Assembly: GCA_963774805.1 (NCBI GenBank)
Contig: CAVZGK010000001.1
Coordinates: 58,610-122,609 of the forward strand
From: an uncultured Acidobacteriota bacterium
GTDB lineage: Bacteria; Acidobacteriota; Terriglobia; Acidiferrales; UBA7541
Reading direction: 5' to 3'
Length of the DNA: 64,000 nt
In this document: piece after piece, positions 38,040 to 48,205 of the stretch
How positions within the stretch are numbered: the first letter of the stretch is position 1
How the letters are laid out: each line of letters opens with the position of its first letter
Notes under the pieces: generated by a model
Told to the model about the DNA's origin: nothing
Database searches by the model: none
The model's input: only the letters and a program-made list of their open reading frames with translations
Program-made: the position numbers and the translations under genes

Positions 38040-38179
38040 CGTCTGCAGAAATGCGGAACCACCGACTTTCGTAAGCGATATATCAGTAAGCTGCGCTCTG
38101 CGACGCCCGCGTTGATTACCTTGCCGGACAAGCATATATTGCTGGCAACAGGTAATCCGATTCCATCGTCCGCGAAGGG

Positions 38180-39901
38180 GTGAACTCCATGGACCGCAAG
38201 CTCAGGAATTCAGGCCTGATTCTGGCGCTCGAAGCGGCGCTCTTGCTCACAGCCGCGCCGCATGCTGGTGCGCAGGGACAATCACAGAAAAGTCCCGGCG
38301 GTGGCGCCGCCGCGAGCCCGCTGGCGGGGCTCGGGTCGATTTCCGGCACGGTCAAGGCTCCCGGGGAATTCAAAGCGGCGAAGGTGTACGCGAAAAATCT
38401 TGAGAAGAACGTGGTCTACATGGTGTTCACCGAAAACGGTCGCTACCAGGCGGTCGATCTGTTTCCCAGGCAAATATGAAGTGAGCGCCACGAAGAACGG
38501 TTTCACCGGCAGCGATGTGCAGAAAATCACCATCGCGTCCGGCGGCAGCGCCACTGCGGACTTGACTCTGAAAGAGGGAACCTACCGGCCCAATCAGCAA
38601 ATGCGCAGCGGCCTGCCGAAAGACGAACCGCTGGTTTCCTACGACGAATTGTATCCGCCGTCCCACGCGCGCCAAACCATCGAGCGCACCTGCATCATGT
38701 GCCACGGGCCTGACTTTCTTCCCAACAAACAGTGGGATGAATCGCAATGGAACGACGCAATCAATCTGATGCAGAACCCCGAATGACAATGCCGGCGCGC
38801 GGCTCGTGCCGGGAACTTTTGCGGCCGGAGAGCGCGAGGAACTGGTCGCCTATCTGGTGAAAAATTTCGGGCCGGACAGCAAGAAACGCGGGCTGGCCGT
38901 TCCCGACGAGCCGATTGATGAAAAGGCCTCGGGCAAGGCCATGTTCATCGAGTATCACATTCCGCCGCTGGCCAAGGGTGACCGCGGATTTCATGACGCG
39001 CATCTGAGCCAGAACGGCGACGTCTGGTACGTCGATGCGCGCGGCCTGCAGGTCGGGAAAATGGATCCGCGCACCGCCACCTGGACGGACTACCCGCTTG
39101 CTGGCGCCCAAGTATCGCGGGCATGGACTCACGCAGGATGCCAGCGGCGACATCTGGGTCGCGGGTCATACCGCCTTCGTGCGCGTCGACAGCAAAACCG
39201 GAGCGATCAAATATTATCCGTACGATCACGATGCCAAGCGGCCGCCGCACGGCAACACGCCGTTCGTCGATTCCAAGCAGAATATCTTGGAGTTCGCTCT
39301 CGTGCGCCAATTCCATCGCCAAGTGGGATCGCACCACCGGCGAAGTGTCCATGTACAAAACGCCGACGGACAACAGCTTCGCCTACGGCATGGTGATGGA
39401 CAAGAACGACAAAGTGTGGCTGGCTGACTGGTGGCGCTGCAAGGTCACGAAATTCGATCCCGTGGACAGCCAATGGATCGAGTACGCGCCTCTGACGAGG
39501 CCATGCACCATGCGCCGCGTCTTCGCCGATCACAACGGCATGATCTGGTACGCGCTGGAATGGCCCGGAAAAATCGGAATGCTCGATCCGACTACGAATA
39601 AGATCGTGGAATACGCGCTGCCGGTGAAGTGGTCCTTCCCGTACGACATCCAGCAGGATCACGACTCAGAATTATTGGATTGCGGATTCCGGGCAGGGCG
39701 GCGCGCTGATCAAATTCGAGCAGAAGATCAAAAACATTCACTTATTACCCGTACGTGCAGCGGACCGACATGCCCAAGATCGAAGTGTCGAATGAGAATT
39801 CGATCTGGTACACCACGCGATCCGCCGATTCAAAGGAACAGGCGCTCGGCGTGCTGTACCCGGACAAAGCGAAAATCCAAACCCTGGCCGCGACGTACTG
39901 A
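38180..39901 (+). pseudogene. Degraded gene: secreted carboxypeptidase-regulatory-like domain + CxxCH cytochrome-c domain + Vgb/streptogramin-lyase-like beta-propeller, with at least 5 frameshifts
   Basis: Consecutive homologous pieces sit in different frames: 38180..38479, 38262..38786 (CIMCHG), 38806..39396, 39035..39427, 39123..40067, and a final piece ...KTFTYYPYVQRTDMPKIEVSNENSIWYTTRSAD...LAATY* ending at 39901. Confidence 0.75.
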
Positions 39902-39963
39902 CTTGTGGCGCGGGCCTTCAGCCGGCGGCGGGCTGCATCTGGCCGCAGGCGAAGCCGCGCCAC

Positions 39964-41235
39964 TCAAACATCATCGCTACGGTTCACGTAAGTTTTCCCC
40001 GCGCGAATCGCGACCACACTCTGCAGTTTTTGTTTTCCCGTGCGCTTCATTCCCGTGCTGTCCGTGAACGTGAAGGGACCTTCGCGCACATCGAGAATGG
40101 TGATGTCCGCCACCGCGCCCGGCCGCAACGTTCCGATCTCCACGCCAAAATTAAACATGCGCGTCGGCCGCGAGCGTGACGCGTTCAATCACCTGATCCA
40201 GGGTCAGTCCCACAAGCAAAAATTTGGAGATTTCCGTGACCAGGTCGTACACCGGCCCGTTGTAGCTGATTCCGCCCAGATCCGTGCCAATCGTGTCCGG
40301 CAGGAAACCTTGCTGGATGCATTTTTCCGCCACGTCCAAGACTCATATGCGGGCCGCCATCGCCAACATCGAAAAACACTCCGCGGTCGCGGCATTCCTT
40401 CATTTCCGGAATCATTTTTCCGTTGGCGTCGATCGGACCGTTGGGCTCGCCCGTGATAGCAATGCGTCAGCACATCGCCTTTTCGCAATTGGCGCAGAAT
40501 TTGCGGCAGCGGGGAATAGGAATCGCCGACGTGTACCATCAACGGCAGATGGGAAAGTTCGGCCGCCTCCAGCGCGCGTTTCAGACACTTCCATATCATT
40601 GGGCCCGGTGATGGGCTTTGACAGCCGCACCTTGATCGCCACCACGTCCGGCTTGTTGGCTTCGGCTGCCCGCGCGGTGCGCTGCGGATTCACCCAATCG
40701 AGATTCGTATAATTTCCGGCCAGGCCCATCAGCGTGCCGCGCGCGCCGATGTCCACCATCGCAAACACGCGCGTGGCCGACGGCTTGATGACGTACTGCC
40801 GGAATCCGGCGATCGCAAACGATCCTGCCGAACCCGCGTCGATCGCCGTCGTAACGCCGCGCCCCAGGCAATACTGATCCACATTCACTCCGGTCGGGCC
40901 GATGCCTTCAAAAATGTGCATGTGCACATCAATCAGTCCGGGCGTGACGATGCTTTCCTTTGGCGGAGATCACGTTCTGCGCTCCGTCCGGCGGAAATGT
41001 CCGGCGCGATCTGCTGAATTTTTCCGTCCTTCACGGCCACGTCAAGCAGCGCGTGCAGTTTCTGGCTGGGATCGACGACCGTGCCGCCCTTGATCAGCAG
41101 GTCGCGGCTCTGCGAGAGCGCCTGGCTCATGTCCTGCGGAGGAGAAGCAGGTGCGGAGGACGGTTGCTCCAGGCCGCGCATGCCGAGCAGCGGCGCGGCC
41201 GCCATCAATTTGGAAAAATTCCGGCGTGTCAGCAT
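39964..41235 (-). pseudogene. Degraded gene: Tat/Sec-exported amidohydrolase (dihydroorotase/deacetylase-like metallo-hydrolase), with at least 5 frameshifts
   Basis: Ordered fragments on the minus strand: 40933..41235 (signal + LLIKGGTVVDP), 40412..40927 (HMHIFEG...), 40204..40599 (PLMVHVGD), 40185..40415, 40151..40339 and 39964..40188 (GTLRPGAVADITILD). Each is in a different frame. Confidence 0.75.
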
Positions 41236-41511
41236 GGTTCACTCCTTGAATTCTTTCCGTGCGCCTCCTGCTGCGCACGGCGTCCCGGCTGGGCCACGAA
41301 AGCTGAAGCCCGCTTGTAACTTGTTTCTTAATCGACTTTGGATCATTAATGGGGCTCATCATACTTCACTTGACAATCTTTTCCCGCCGTTTTTCGAATT
41401 GCGTCCCGCACTCTCCGGTCCGAATTTCTCAAGATTCTCCCGACCTGCGAGGATAGCTGAACGTGATATAAGTTCCGGTGACACCTGCGCCAATCAAGGA
41501 AGGAATCGCAA

Positions 41512-43002
41512 ATGTCGCAGACCATTGACCCGAAGACCGCCGACCGCAAATGGTTGGGGCTTTACGACCGCCCGCACCGCGACCTGCGCGAATTTCTGGA
41601 GCGCGCGGAAAGTCTGGGCGAAGTGGCTCGCGTCCAGGGCGCCAATTGGGACCTGGAACTCGGCGCACTCGCGGAAATCGTAAATCACAAGAAATCGGAA
41701 GCCCCTGCGCTGCTGTTTGAAAATATCGCGCAATATCCCCAAGGTTTCCGCGTCCTTTCCGGTTCCGGAAATTCTTCGAAACGCATGGCCTTAATGCTGG
41801 GCTTCCCGATGCCGAAGACCGCCATCGACGTGGTGCAGGCATTCCGCGATCGCATGAAGCTGCACAAGCCGATTCCTCCAGTGACGGTCAAGCACGGACC
41901 CATCCTGGAAAATATCGACCGCGACGAACAGGTGGACCTGTACAAATTTCCGGCGCCGCGCGTGCACGAACGCGACGGCGGCCGCTACATCGGCACGGAA
42001 GATCTGGTCATCATGCGCGATCCCGAAGAGGGCTGGGTCAATGCCGCGACGTACCGCGTGCAGGTTCATTCCAAAAACACCACCGGATTGTGGATGTCCC
42101 CCGGTAAGCATGGACGCCAGATTCGCGACAAATATTTCAAGCAGGGCAAGCCCTGCCCCGTGCTGGTCTGCTGCGGCCACGATCCGCTGCTGTTCCTGGC
42201 CGCGGCCAACGAAATCAAATTCGGAGTTTCAGAATTCGATTATGCCGGCGGACATCGCGGCGAGCCTTTTGAAGTAATTCCCAGCGAAATTCACGGCCTG
42301 CCCATGCCGGCGCACGCCGAAATTATTTTGGAAGGCGAAGTGACCGAGGGCGACGTTCACACCGAAGGCCCCTTCGGTGAATTCACCGGATACTATGCCA
42401 GCCCTTCGAGCCAGCAGTCGGTGATTCGCGTCAAGCGCGTTTATTACCGCAACGATCCTATCTTGACCATGGCCACGCCGATGCGTCCGCCGTCGGACAT
42501 GTCTTTCGGCAGGTCCATCGTGAAATCGGGAATGATCTGGGACGCCATCGAGCGCGCTGGAATTTCCGGCGTGCAGGGAGTGTGGTGCCACGAAGCGGGC
42601 GCCATGCGCCTATTCAATGTGATTTCCCTGAAGCAGGCCTATGCCGGGCACGCGAAGCAAGTGGGACTGGTCGCCGCCGGATGCCAGGCTGGAGCGTATC
42701 TGGGCCGGTTCGTTGTGGTGGTCGATGAAGACGTCGATCCCACGGATCTTTTCGACGTGGTGTGGGCGATCTCCACGCGCTGCGATCCGGCGTTGGACAT
42801 TGAAGTCATCAAGCGCATGTGGAGCGGGCCGCTCGATCCGATGATTCCGCACGGATCGCCGGTCAATTACAGTTCGCGTGGGTTGATCGACGCCTGCCGG
42901 CCTTTCGAGCGGCTTAAGGATTTTCCTCCGGTCGTGGGAGCCACGCCGGAATTGCGGGCCAGGGTGGCGGCGAAATTCGCGGATGTTCTAAGCAAGATTT
43001 GA
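41512..43002 (+). CDS. UbiD-family (prenyl-FMN-dependent) aromatic-acid decarboxylase
   Basis: 496 aa. N-terminus ...DLREFLERAESLGEVARVQGANWDLELGALAE..., with family-typical length and blocks throughout. Confidence 0.85.
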   Translation: MSQTIDPKTADRKWLGLYDRPHRDLREFLERAESLGEVARVQGANWDLELGALAEIVNHKKSEAPALLFENIAQYPQGFRVLSGSGNSSKRMALMLGFPMPKTAIDVVQAFRDRMKLHKPIPPVTVKHGPILENIDRDEQVDLYKFPAPRVHERDGGRYIGTEDLVIMRDPEEGWVNAATYRVQVHSKNTTGLWMSPGKHGRQIRDKYFKQGKPCPVLVCCGHDPLLFLAAANEIKFGVSEFDYAGGHRGEPFEVIPSEIHGLPMPAHAEIILEGEVTEGDVHTEGPFGEFTGYYASPSSQQSVIRVKRVYYRNDPILTMATPMRPPSDMSFGRSIVKSGMIWDAIERAGISGVQGVWCHEAGAMRLFNVISLKQAYAGHAKQVGLVAAGCQAGAYLGRFVVVVDEDVDPTDLFDVVWAISTRCDPALDIEVIKRMWSGPLDPMIPHGSPVNYSSRGLIDACRPFERLKDFPPVVGATPELRARVAAKFADVLSKI

Positions 43003-43005
43003 GTA

Positions 43006-43034
43006 GCACAGCCACTCCTGGCTGTGCGGTTTTT
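43006..43034 (+). terminator. Rho-independent terminator after the UbiD-family gene
   Basis: GCACAGCCA-CTCC-TGGCTGTGC followed by GGTTTTT. Confidence 0.7.
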
Positions 43035-43124
43035 GCAGACTACAGCCTTACTCGGTGAACTGGCAATTGCAAAAGGCGCACAGCGAAGAGTCGCTGTGCT
43101 ACGTTAACGTAAGGCCCAGACGCC

Positions 43125-44480
43125 ATGACTACGCCAGCGACGGTCAATGTTCCGGAACTGATTGACGGGCAGAAGGTCAGCCCGTTTCAAATTCGGATTC
43201 TCGTTCTGTGCGCGCTGGCCGCGCTGCTCGATGGCTTCGCGGCGCAGATGATCGGCTATGTGGCCCCCTCTGTCGCACGGGAAATGCATCTCGGCCCCAA
43301 AGCGATAACTCCAATTTTCGCCTGGGGGCTGGTCGGTTTGATGCTCGGCGCGCTGTCCTTCGGCCCGATCGCCGACCGATTCGGGCGCAAGCCGGTGATC
43401 GTGCTCTGCACTTTGTTTTATGGCGTGGTCACGCTGGCCACGGCCAAAGCGGATTCCGGCACGAGCCTCGCTGTCCTCCGATTCATCGCCGGCCTGGGTT
43501 TTGGTGGCGTGATGCCCAATGCCATTGCCATGACCGCGGAATATTCTCCGCACCGCCGCCGCGGCACGATGGTCACCATCATGTTTTGCGGCTTTCCCAT
43601 CGGCGCCACCATCGCCGGTTTTGCCGCGGTGCCGATCCTGCAGGCGTACAGCTGGCGAGGCGTTTTTGTCCTGGCGGGCTGCATGCCGATTCTGCTCGCG
43701 CCAATCCTCGCCGTGTTTCTTCCGGAATCCATCCGGCACATGGTGATTCACCGCGGCGATTCCCAGCGCATCTCGCAATTGCTGTCACGCATCAATCCGC
43801 AGCTTGTATTTCCGGCGGACACAGAGTTCGTGGTGCGTGAAGAGCGGGCGGACGGCTTGCCGGTGGCGCACCTGTTTCGGCAGGGCCGCGCGCTGTCCAC
43901 CGTTCTCCTGTGGGTCGGGTTCTTCATGAGCTTGATTGACATCTACCTTTTGACCAGTTGGCTGCCCACGGTGTTTCACAACGCAGGCATCACTCTTTCG
44001 TTGGCGGTGATCGCCACCGCTGCATTTCAGGCCGGAGGTGTGGCCGCTTCGCTCGTGCTGGGTTCGCTTGTAGACCGCTTCGGCTCCTATCGGGTTTTGT
44101 GCATCACGTATTTTCTCGGCGCATTTTTCGTAGCCGCGCTGGGGTATTCCCATTCCATCGTCGTGATCATGCTGTGCACCTTTTTTGCCGGCGCGGGAGT
44201 GATCGGCGGGCAGACCGGAGCGAATGCGCTGGCCGCATCGTTCTATCCAACCTACATTCGTTCGACCGGCGTCGGCTGGGCGCTGGGAATCGGCCGCATC
44301 GGCTCGGTGGTCGGGCCGGTATTCGGCGGCGTCATGCTTTCGCTGCATTTGCCGCTGACCACACTTTTTCTGGCGGGCGCCGCGCCATCGCTGATTGGCA
44401 GCGCCGCGATCTTCTTGATGGGCCGCGCGCAAAATCCATCGCAGGACGCACCGCGCCCACTAGAGGCCGCTGCATCGTGA
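43125..44480 (+). CDS. MFS aromatic-acid:H+ symporter-type transporter (4-hydroxybenzoate/protocatechuate PcaK-like)
   Basis: 451 aa with 12 TM spans. ...LLDGFAAQMIGYVAPS...IADRFGRKPV...RFIAGLGFGGVMPNA... Confidence 0.85.
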   Translation: MTTPATVNVPELIDGQKVSPFQIRILVLCALAALLDGFAAQMIGYVAPSVAREMHLGPKAITPIFAWGLVGLMLGALSFGPIADRFGRKPVIVLCTLFYGVVTLATAKADSGTSLAVLRFIAGLGFGGVMPNAIAMTAEYSPHRRRGTMVTIMFCGFPIGATIAGFAAVPILQAYSWRGVFVLAGCMPILLAPILAVFLPESIRHMVIHRGDSQRISQLLSRINPQLVFPADTEFVVREERADGLPVAHLFRQGRALSTVLLWVGFFMSLIDIYLLTSWLPTVFHNAGITLSLAVIATAAFQAGGVAASLVLGSLVDRFGSYRVLCITYFLGAFFVAALGYSHSIVVIMLCTFFAGAGVIGGQTGANALAASFYPTYIRSTGVGWALGIGRIGSVVGPVFGGVMLSLHLPLTTLFLAGAAPSLIGSAAIFLMGRAQNPSQDAPRPLEAAAS

Positions 44481-44519
44481 CCGCACGGATGGAGACCTGA
44501 AGAGTAAAGGGGCAATTTC

Positions 44520-45494
44520 ATGAAAGTGGGAATCATCGGAGCCGGCGGAGTCGGCTCGGCGTCGCTCTTATCGCTGGTCATGCGCGGAGTCGCCTGCCAG
44601 GTGGTGGTGCTGGATAAAAATCGCGAGCGCGCCAACGGCGTCGTCGCCGATCTGCAATATGGAGCGACGCTCTCTCCCGCCGTGGAGTTGCGCGCCGGAG
44701 ATTACTCCGACCTGGCGGATGCGATGCTGGTGATCGTCACCGCCGGCGTGAACGAGAAAACCGGCGGCGCCACCGATCGCAGCGATCCGGCAGGCCGGCT
44801 GAAATTGCTGGAGACCAATGCCGGCGTCTATCGCGAAATTATTCCGAGCGTGGTGGCGGTCGCGCCGCAGGCCCTGATCCTGGTGGTGACCGATCCGCCG
44901 GATCCGCTGGCCGACCTGGCACGCAGGCTGGCGGGGCATGAACGCGTGCTGAGCAGCGGCACGTTCCTCGATTCGCTGCGGTTCCGTTTGCATCTGGCGC
45001 GGCGGCTGAAAGTGAATCCGATGTACGTCGAGGCGCAGGTGATCGGCGAGCACGGCACGTCGCAGGTTTTTCTGTGGTCCGGGGCGCGAGTGGGCGGCAC
45101 GCCGATCGCGGAACTCCTGGAGCGCGGCGGGCAGGACCTGGAAACTTTTCGCCGCAGCGTCGAGCAGGATGTGCGCTACGCGAATATCACGATTATCGAG
45201 GGTACCGGCGCGAGCCAGCTTGGCATCGGGATGGTCACCGCCCGCATTGCCGAAGCTATTCTGCGCGATGAACACGCGGTAATTCCCATCGGTTCGTTTC
45301 AACCGGAGTACGGCGTGACGATTTCGCTCCCCAGTGTTTTGGGCCGCCAGGGCGTCAGTAGGATTTTGTGCCCGCAGATGTCCGAGCAGGAATCGCAGGC
45401 GTTTCAGCGCAGCGTCGAAGTGCTGAGAAACGCCGTCGCGCGAATCGCGACTCCGGCAGGGCAGAAGCCCGCGAGCCAGGGCGGGTCGCACTAA
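44520..45494 (+). CDS. L-lactate/malate dehydrogenase family (2-hydroxyacid) dehydrogenase
   Basis: MKVGIIGAGGVGSA Rossmann motif, ...VVTAGV..., and IGEHG with the catalytic His. Confidence 0.85.
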   Translation: MKVGIIGAGGVGSASLLSLVMRGVACQVVVLDKNRERANGVVADLQYGATLSPAVELRAGDYSDLADAMLVIVTAGVNEKTGGATDRSDPAGRLKLLETNAGVYREIIPSVVAVAPQALILVVTDPPDPLADLARRLAGHERVLSSGTFLDSLRFRLHLARRLKVNPMYVEAQVIGEHGTSQVFLWSGARVGGTPIAELLERGGQDLETFRRSVEQDVRYANITIIEGTGASQLGIGMVTARIAEAILRDEHAVIPIGSFQPEYGVTISLPSVLGRQGVSRILCPQMSEQESQAFQRSVEVLRNAVARIATPAGQKPASQGGSH

Positions 45495-45558
45495 CCGAAA
45501 CATCCCACGGCAATTTCATCCATTCGTTCGCGCAGCCGCGCTTAGCGGAGCGAGTAGG

Positions 45559-46389
45559 TCAGTTCATCGCCGGAGCGAGTTTTTCCGTCAACTCGATGCG
45601 TGTGCCCCAGGGATCGGTGAGGTAGGCGACTTTTGTCGTTCCGTTAGGCGCGAGGCGCACCGCTTCATCCAGCTTGATGCCCGCGGCTTCCAGTTTCTTG
45701 GTGAACGCATCCAGGTCTTTCACATCGAAGCCGATGTGATCGAGCGAGCGTCCCTTGGTCGGCAACAGCGCTGATTTTCCCGGCGAGAAGGAAAGATTCG
45801 AGCCTGGGATGTCGTCGCAATCGATCAGGCCCGGCGAAGATTGCCTCTGCCGCGTGCCCGGCACGCCGCCAAACATTTTCGCGTACCACGCCTGCATCCC
45901 CGGAATATCGACGGGATAAAAATGAATGTGGTTCATGGCCACGGCGGTGGGAAGGGAAGGATCGCCGAAGAATTCCACGCGAATGCCGTCAGGCCCGTGC
46001 ACGTAGCCCTGATTCGGATTCCCCGTCTGTTCGATTTCCACGCCTTCGGCTTTCCATTTTGCCAGCGTTTTGGGCAAATCTTTCCAGGCGAATCCAAAGT
46101 GATCGACTATCGATCCGGCGGGAGGGCCCGAGGGATCGGCCTGGCGCAGCATGATGTAGACGCCGGGAAATTGCACCAGCATCAGCGTGCCGTTCTGTAC
46201 GACCGTGCCGCCCATCGTGGCGGTCCAGAATTTCTTCTGGGCCTCCACATCCTTCACGAACAAGTGAATGTGCCCCATGCGCACGCCCGCATCGTTGGGA
46301 GGAGCAAGCTGCGCATGGGCCGGCGAAACCGCGAACGCTGCGGCCGCGAGAATCAGCACCGCTCGAACCATGGCGAAGTGGGATTTCAT
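45559..46389 (-). CDS. Secreted two-domain VOC (glyoxalase/extradiol-dioxygenase fold) protein
   Basis: Signal peptide MKSHFAMVRAVLILAAAAFAVSPAHA. Two repeats of the H(I/F)..V.D......(F/Y).. type. I chose the ATG at 46389. Confidence 0.7.
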   Translation of the reverse strand: MKSHFAMVRAVLILAAAAFAVSPAHAQLAPPNDAGVRMGHIHLFVKDVEAQKKFWTATMGGTVVQNGTLMLVQFPGVYIMLRQADPSGPPAGSIVDHFGFAWKDLPKTLAKWKAEGVEIEQTGNPNQGYVHGPDGIRVEFFGDPSLPTAVAMNHIHFYPVDIPGMQAWYAKMFGGVPGTRQRQSSPGLIDCDDIPGSNLSFSPGKSALLPTKGRSLDHIGFDVKDLDAFTKKLEAAGIKLDEAVRLAPNGTTKVAYLTDPWGTRIELTEKLAPAMN

Positions 46390-46555
46390 TGGGTTGTCCG
46401 TTTCGTTTCTAAGGATGCCGCGTAACATACATCGAATCCAGCGATACAACAACAAGCGATCCCCGCCGCTCGGTCGCGCACGCTTTGGCCCGTGGTGCTT
46501 GGCCGCAGTGCCAAACCCCACAGGCTGAACAGGCTCCGGAAAAACTCAAAACGCT

Positions 46556-46642
46556 GTCTTTCTGAGCGGAGCGAAGAATCCCTCTTTGTTCTTTTGCTCG
46601 CACTTAGATCGAAGAGAGATTCTTCGCTTCGCTCAGAATGAC
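46556..46642. repeat. Palindromic MITE/REP-like element, copy 3 (outer arms extend to about 46519..46671)
   Basis: GTCTTTCTGAGCGGAGCGAAGAATCCCTC...GAGAGATTCTTCGCTTCGCTCAGAATGAC. Outer IR: CGGAAAAACT / AGTTTTTCCG, and CACAGG / CCTGTG. Confidence 0.9.
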
Positions 46643-46691
46643 AAAAAGATGCAGTTTTTCCGCAACCTGTGAATCCTGCGCCACGGAATTC

Positions 46692-47612
46692 CTATTCCGT
46701 CACGAGGGTGGGCACGGCGGCGTCCGCCGCTACTTTCCATTGGCCGCCTTGTTTCACGAAAACGATCAGCGCGCGATGCGGTGTGCTTACGATCGCTCCG
46801 CTCGGGTCCGCAATTTTCCGGATCCGGCGATCCGTGGCCAGCGCCACGTCTCCATACACGGACATCAACTTGAACTGATCCGCGAACAATCCTTCGCCGG
46901 GTTTAAAATTGAGATGCGCGACGCGTTCCAGCGCGGCGGGCTTGGTCAATATCACGTTCGGAATCCACGCCAGAATCTCAAACCACTTGTCCGCATACAT
47001 CGATTTCAGGTAATCGACTTTCGCGGTGCGCACCGCGTCCATCCATTTCTGGTCGATTTCCGCGAGCTGCTTTTCCAGTTTTTCGTCCGGGCTCTTGGTG
47101 CTCACGGCCCCGCTGGTTTTGAAGTTCCCTTCGGACGGAGGAATTACCGGCACAAGTGCCGCCGCGGCCGGACGCCACTTGCCGTCCTGCTTCACGAAGA
47201 CGCGCAGGCAATGGCTGTCCGAAGTGAAGGCATAGCTGCCATCGGGCCGCAGCGTCTTGAAATCGGTGTGATCGGTTCCCAGCGCCACATCTCCGTAGAG
47301 CGCCACGAATTTGAAGTCCATGGGATAGGGACGAACGCCGGTTGCCGGATTCGCGGCCGATTGCGTGGCCACCATTTCTTCCTTGTTGCGCAATGTCCCG
47401 GCCGACTGCACCTCGAAAAATCCATCCGCCCAATACTGGCTGCGGAACTTGACGCATTCCTGGTAAGGCTTCTGATAAGGCCCATCGCACAGCCATTGCT
47501 GATCCACATCCCAAAGCGTGTCCTCTAGATTTGCCGGCTTGGCGCCCTGAGCCGCAGCCAGCGCCGGAACCGCCAGCAAAATTGCCACAACCAGTGTGCG
47601 AACCCTGATCAT
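46692..47612 (-). CDS. Secreted protein with two tandem NTF2-fold (SnoaL/DUF4440-like) domains
   Basis: GGAGGA RBS and a signal peptide. Internal duplication: ...CLRVFVKQDGKWRPAAAALVP... and ...ALIVFVKQGGQWKVAADAAVP... Confidence 0.6.
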   Translation of the reverse strand: MIRVRTLVVAILLAVPALAAAQGAKPANLEDTLWDVDQQWLCDGPYQKPYQECVKFRSQYWADGFFEVQSAGTLRNKEEMVATQSAANPATGVRPYPMDFKFVALYGDVALGTDHTDFKTLRPDGSYAFTSDSHCLRVFVKQDGKWRPAAAALVPVIPPSEGNFKTSGAVSTKSPDEKLEKQLAEIDQKWMDAVRTAKVDYLKSMYADKWFEILAWIPNVILTKPAALERVAHLNFKPGEGLFADQFKLMSVYGDVALATDRRIRKIADPSGAIVSTPHRALIVFVKQGGQWKVAADAAVPTLVTE

Positions 47613-47793
47613 TCCGTTCCTCCATGAATTGAGTTGCTATGCGCCGTACTATAAATCACTTTGCGGCGTTAACGAAATCCCGCGGGTCAGGCTGCCGCTA
47701 ATCCGCTTTCCTGCGGCGCGCTAAAATAGGAAATTCAAAAGGCAGTCGGGGAAAGTAAAGCAGGCTGCTCGCACACGATCCGGCCGGACTTCG

Positions 47794-48205
47794 CTACGCC
47801 CAAACGTCGTCGGGAAGGTTAACCACAATCGGCTCGGAAGAACCGCGGATTACCACCCAGCGGAACGGATTTTCACTGGACGGATTGGTTTCGCGGTGCA
47901 CCAGCCAGGCGGGGATGTGCAGAAAATCACCGGTGCGCGCGGTTTGCGAGTGCTCGCCGTGCTCGCCCCACTCGATGAACGATTCACCCTCGAGCACGTA
48001 GGCGATCGTCTCCTGCGATCCATGGTGGTGAATTCCGGGTCCGGGCGCCCGGTTCCACCAGAAACGTGCCGCCCCACAGTCCGGATTCTATGTTCAGTTC
48101 GGGGCAGACCGCGGCCAGGCGCAGTGATCCCGGCGTCTGTGAAGTTCCGCGGCGGAATTGATCGGGACGGACAATCGTCGCGGACAGGGAATTGTCTTTA
48201 CTCAT
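47794..48205 (-). pseudogene. Cupin-domain protein. The frame is broken near 48035-48045 by an apparent extra C.
   Basis: MSKDNSLSATIVRPDQF...LVEPGART (ORF 47984..48274) continues as ...YVLEGESFIEWGEHGEHSQTARTGDFLHIPAWLVHRE (ORF 47794..47997). Removing one C restores GIHHHGSQETIAYV. Confidence 0.7.
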
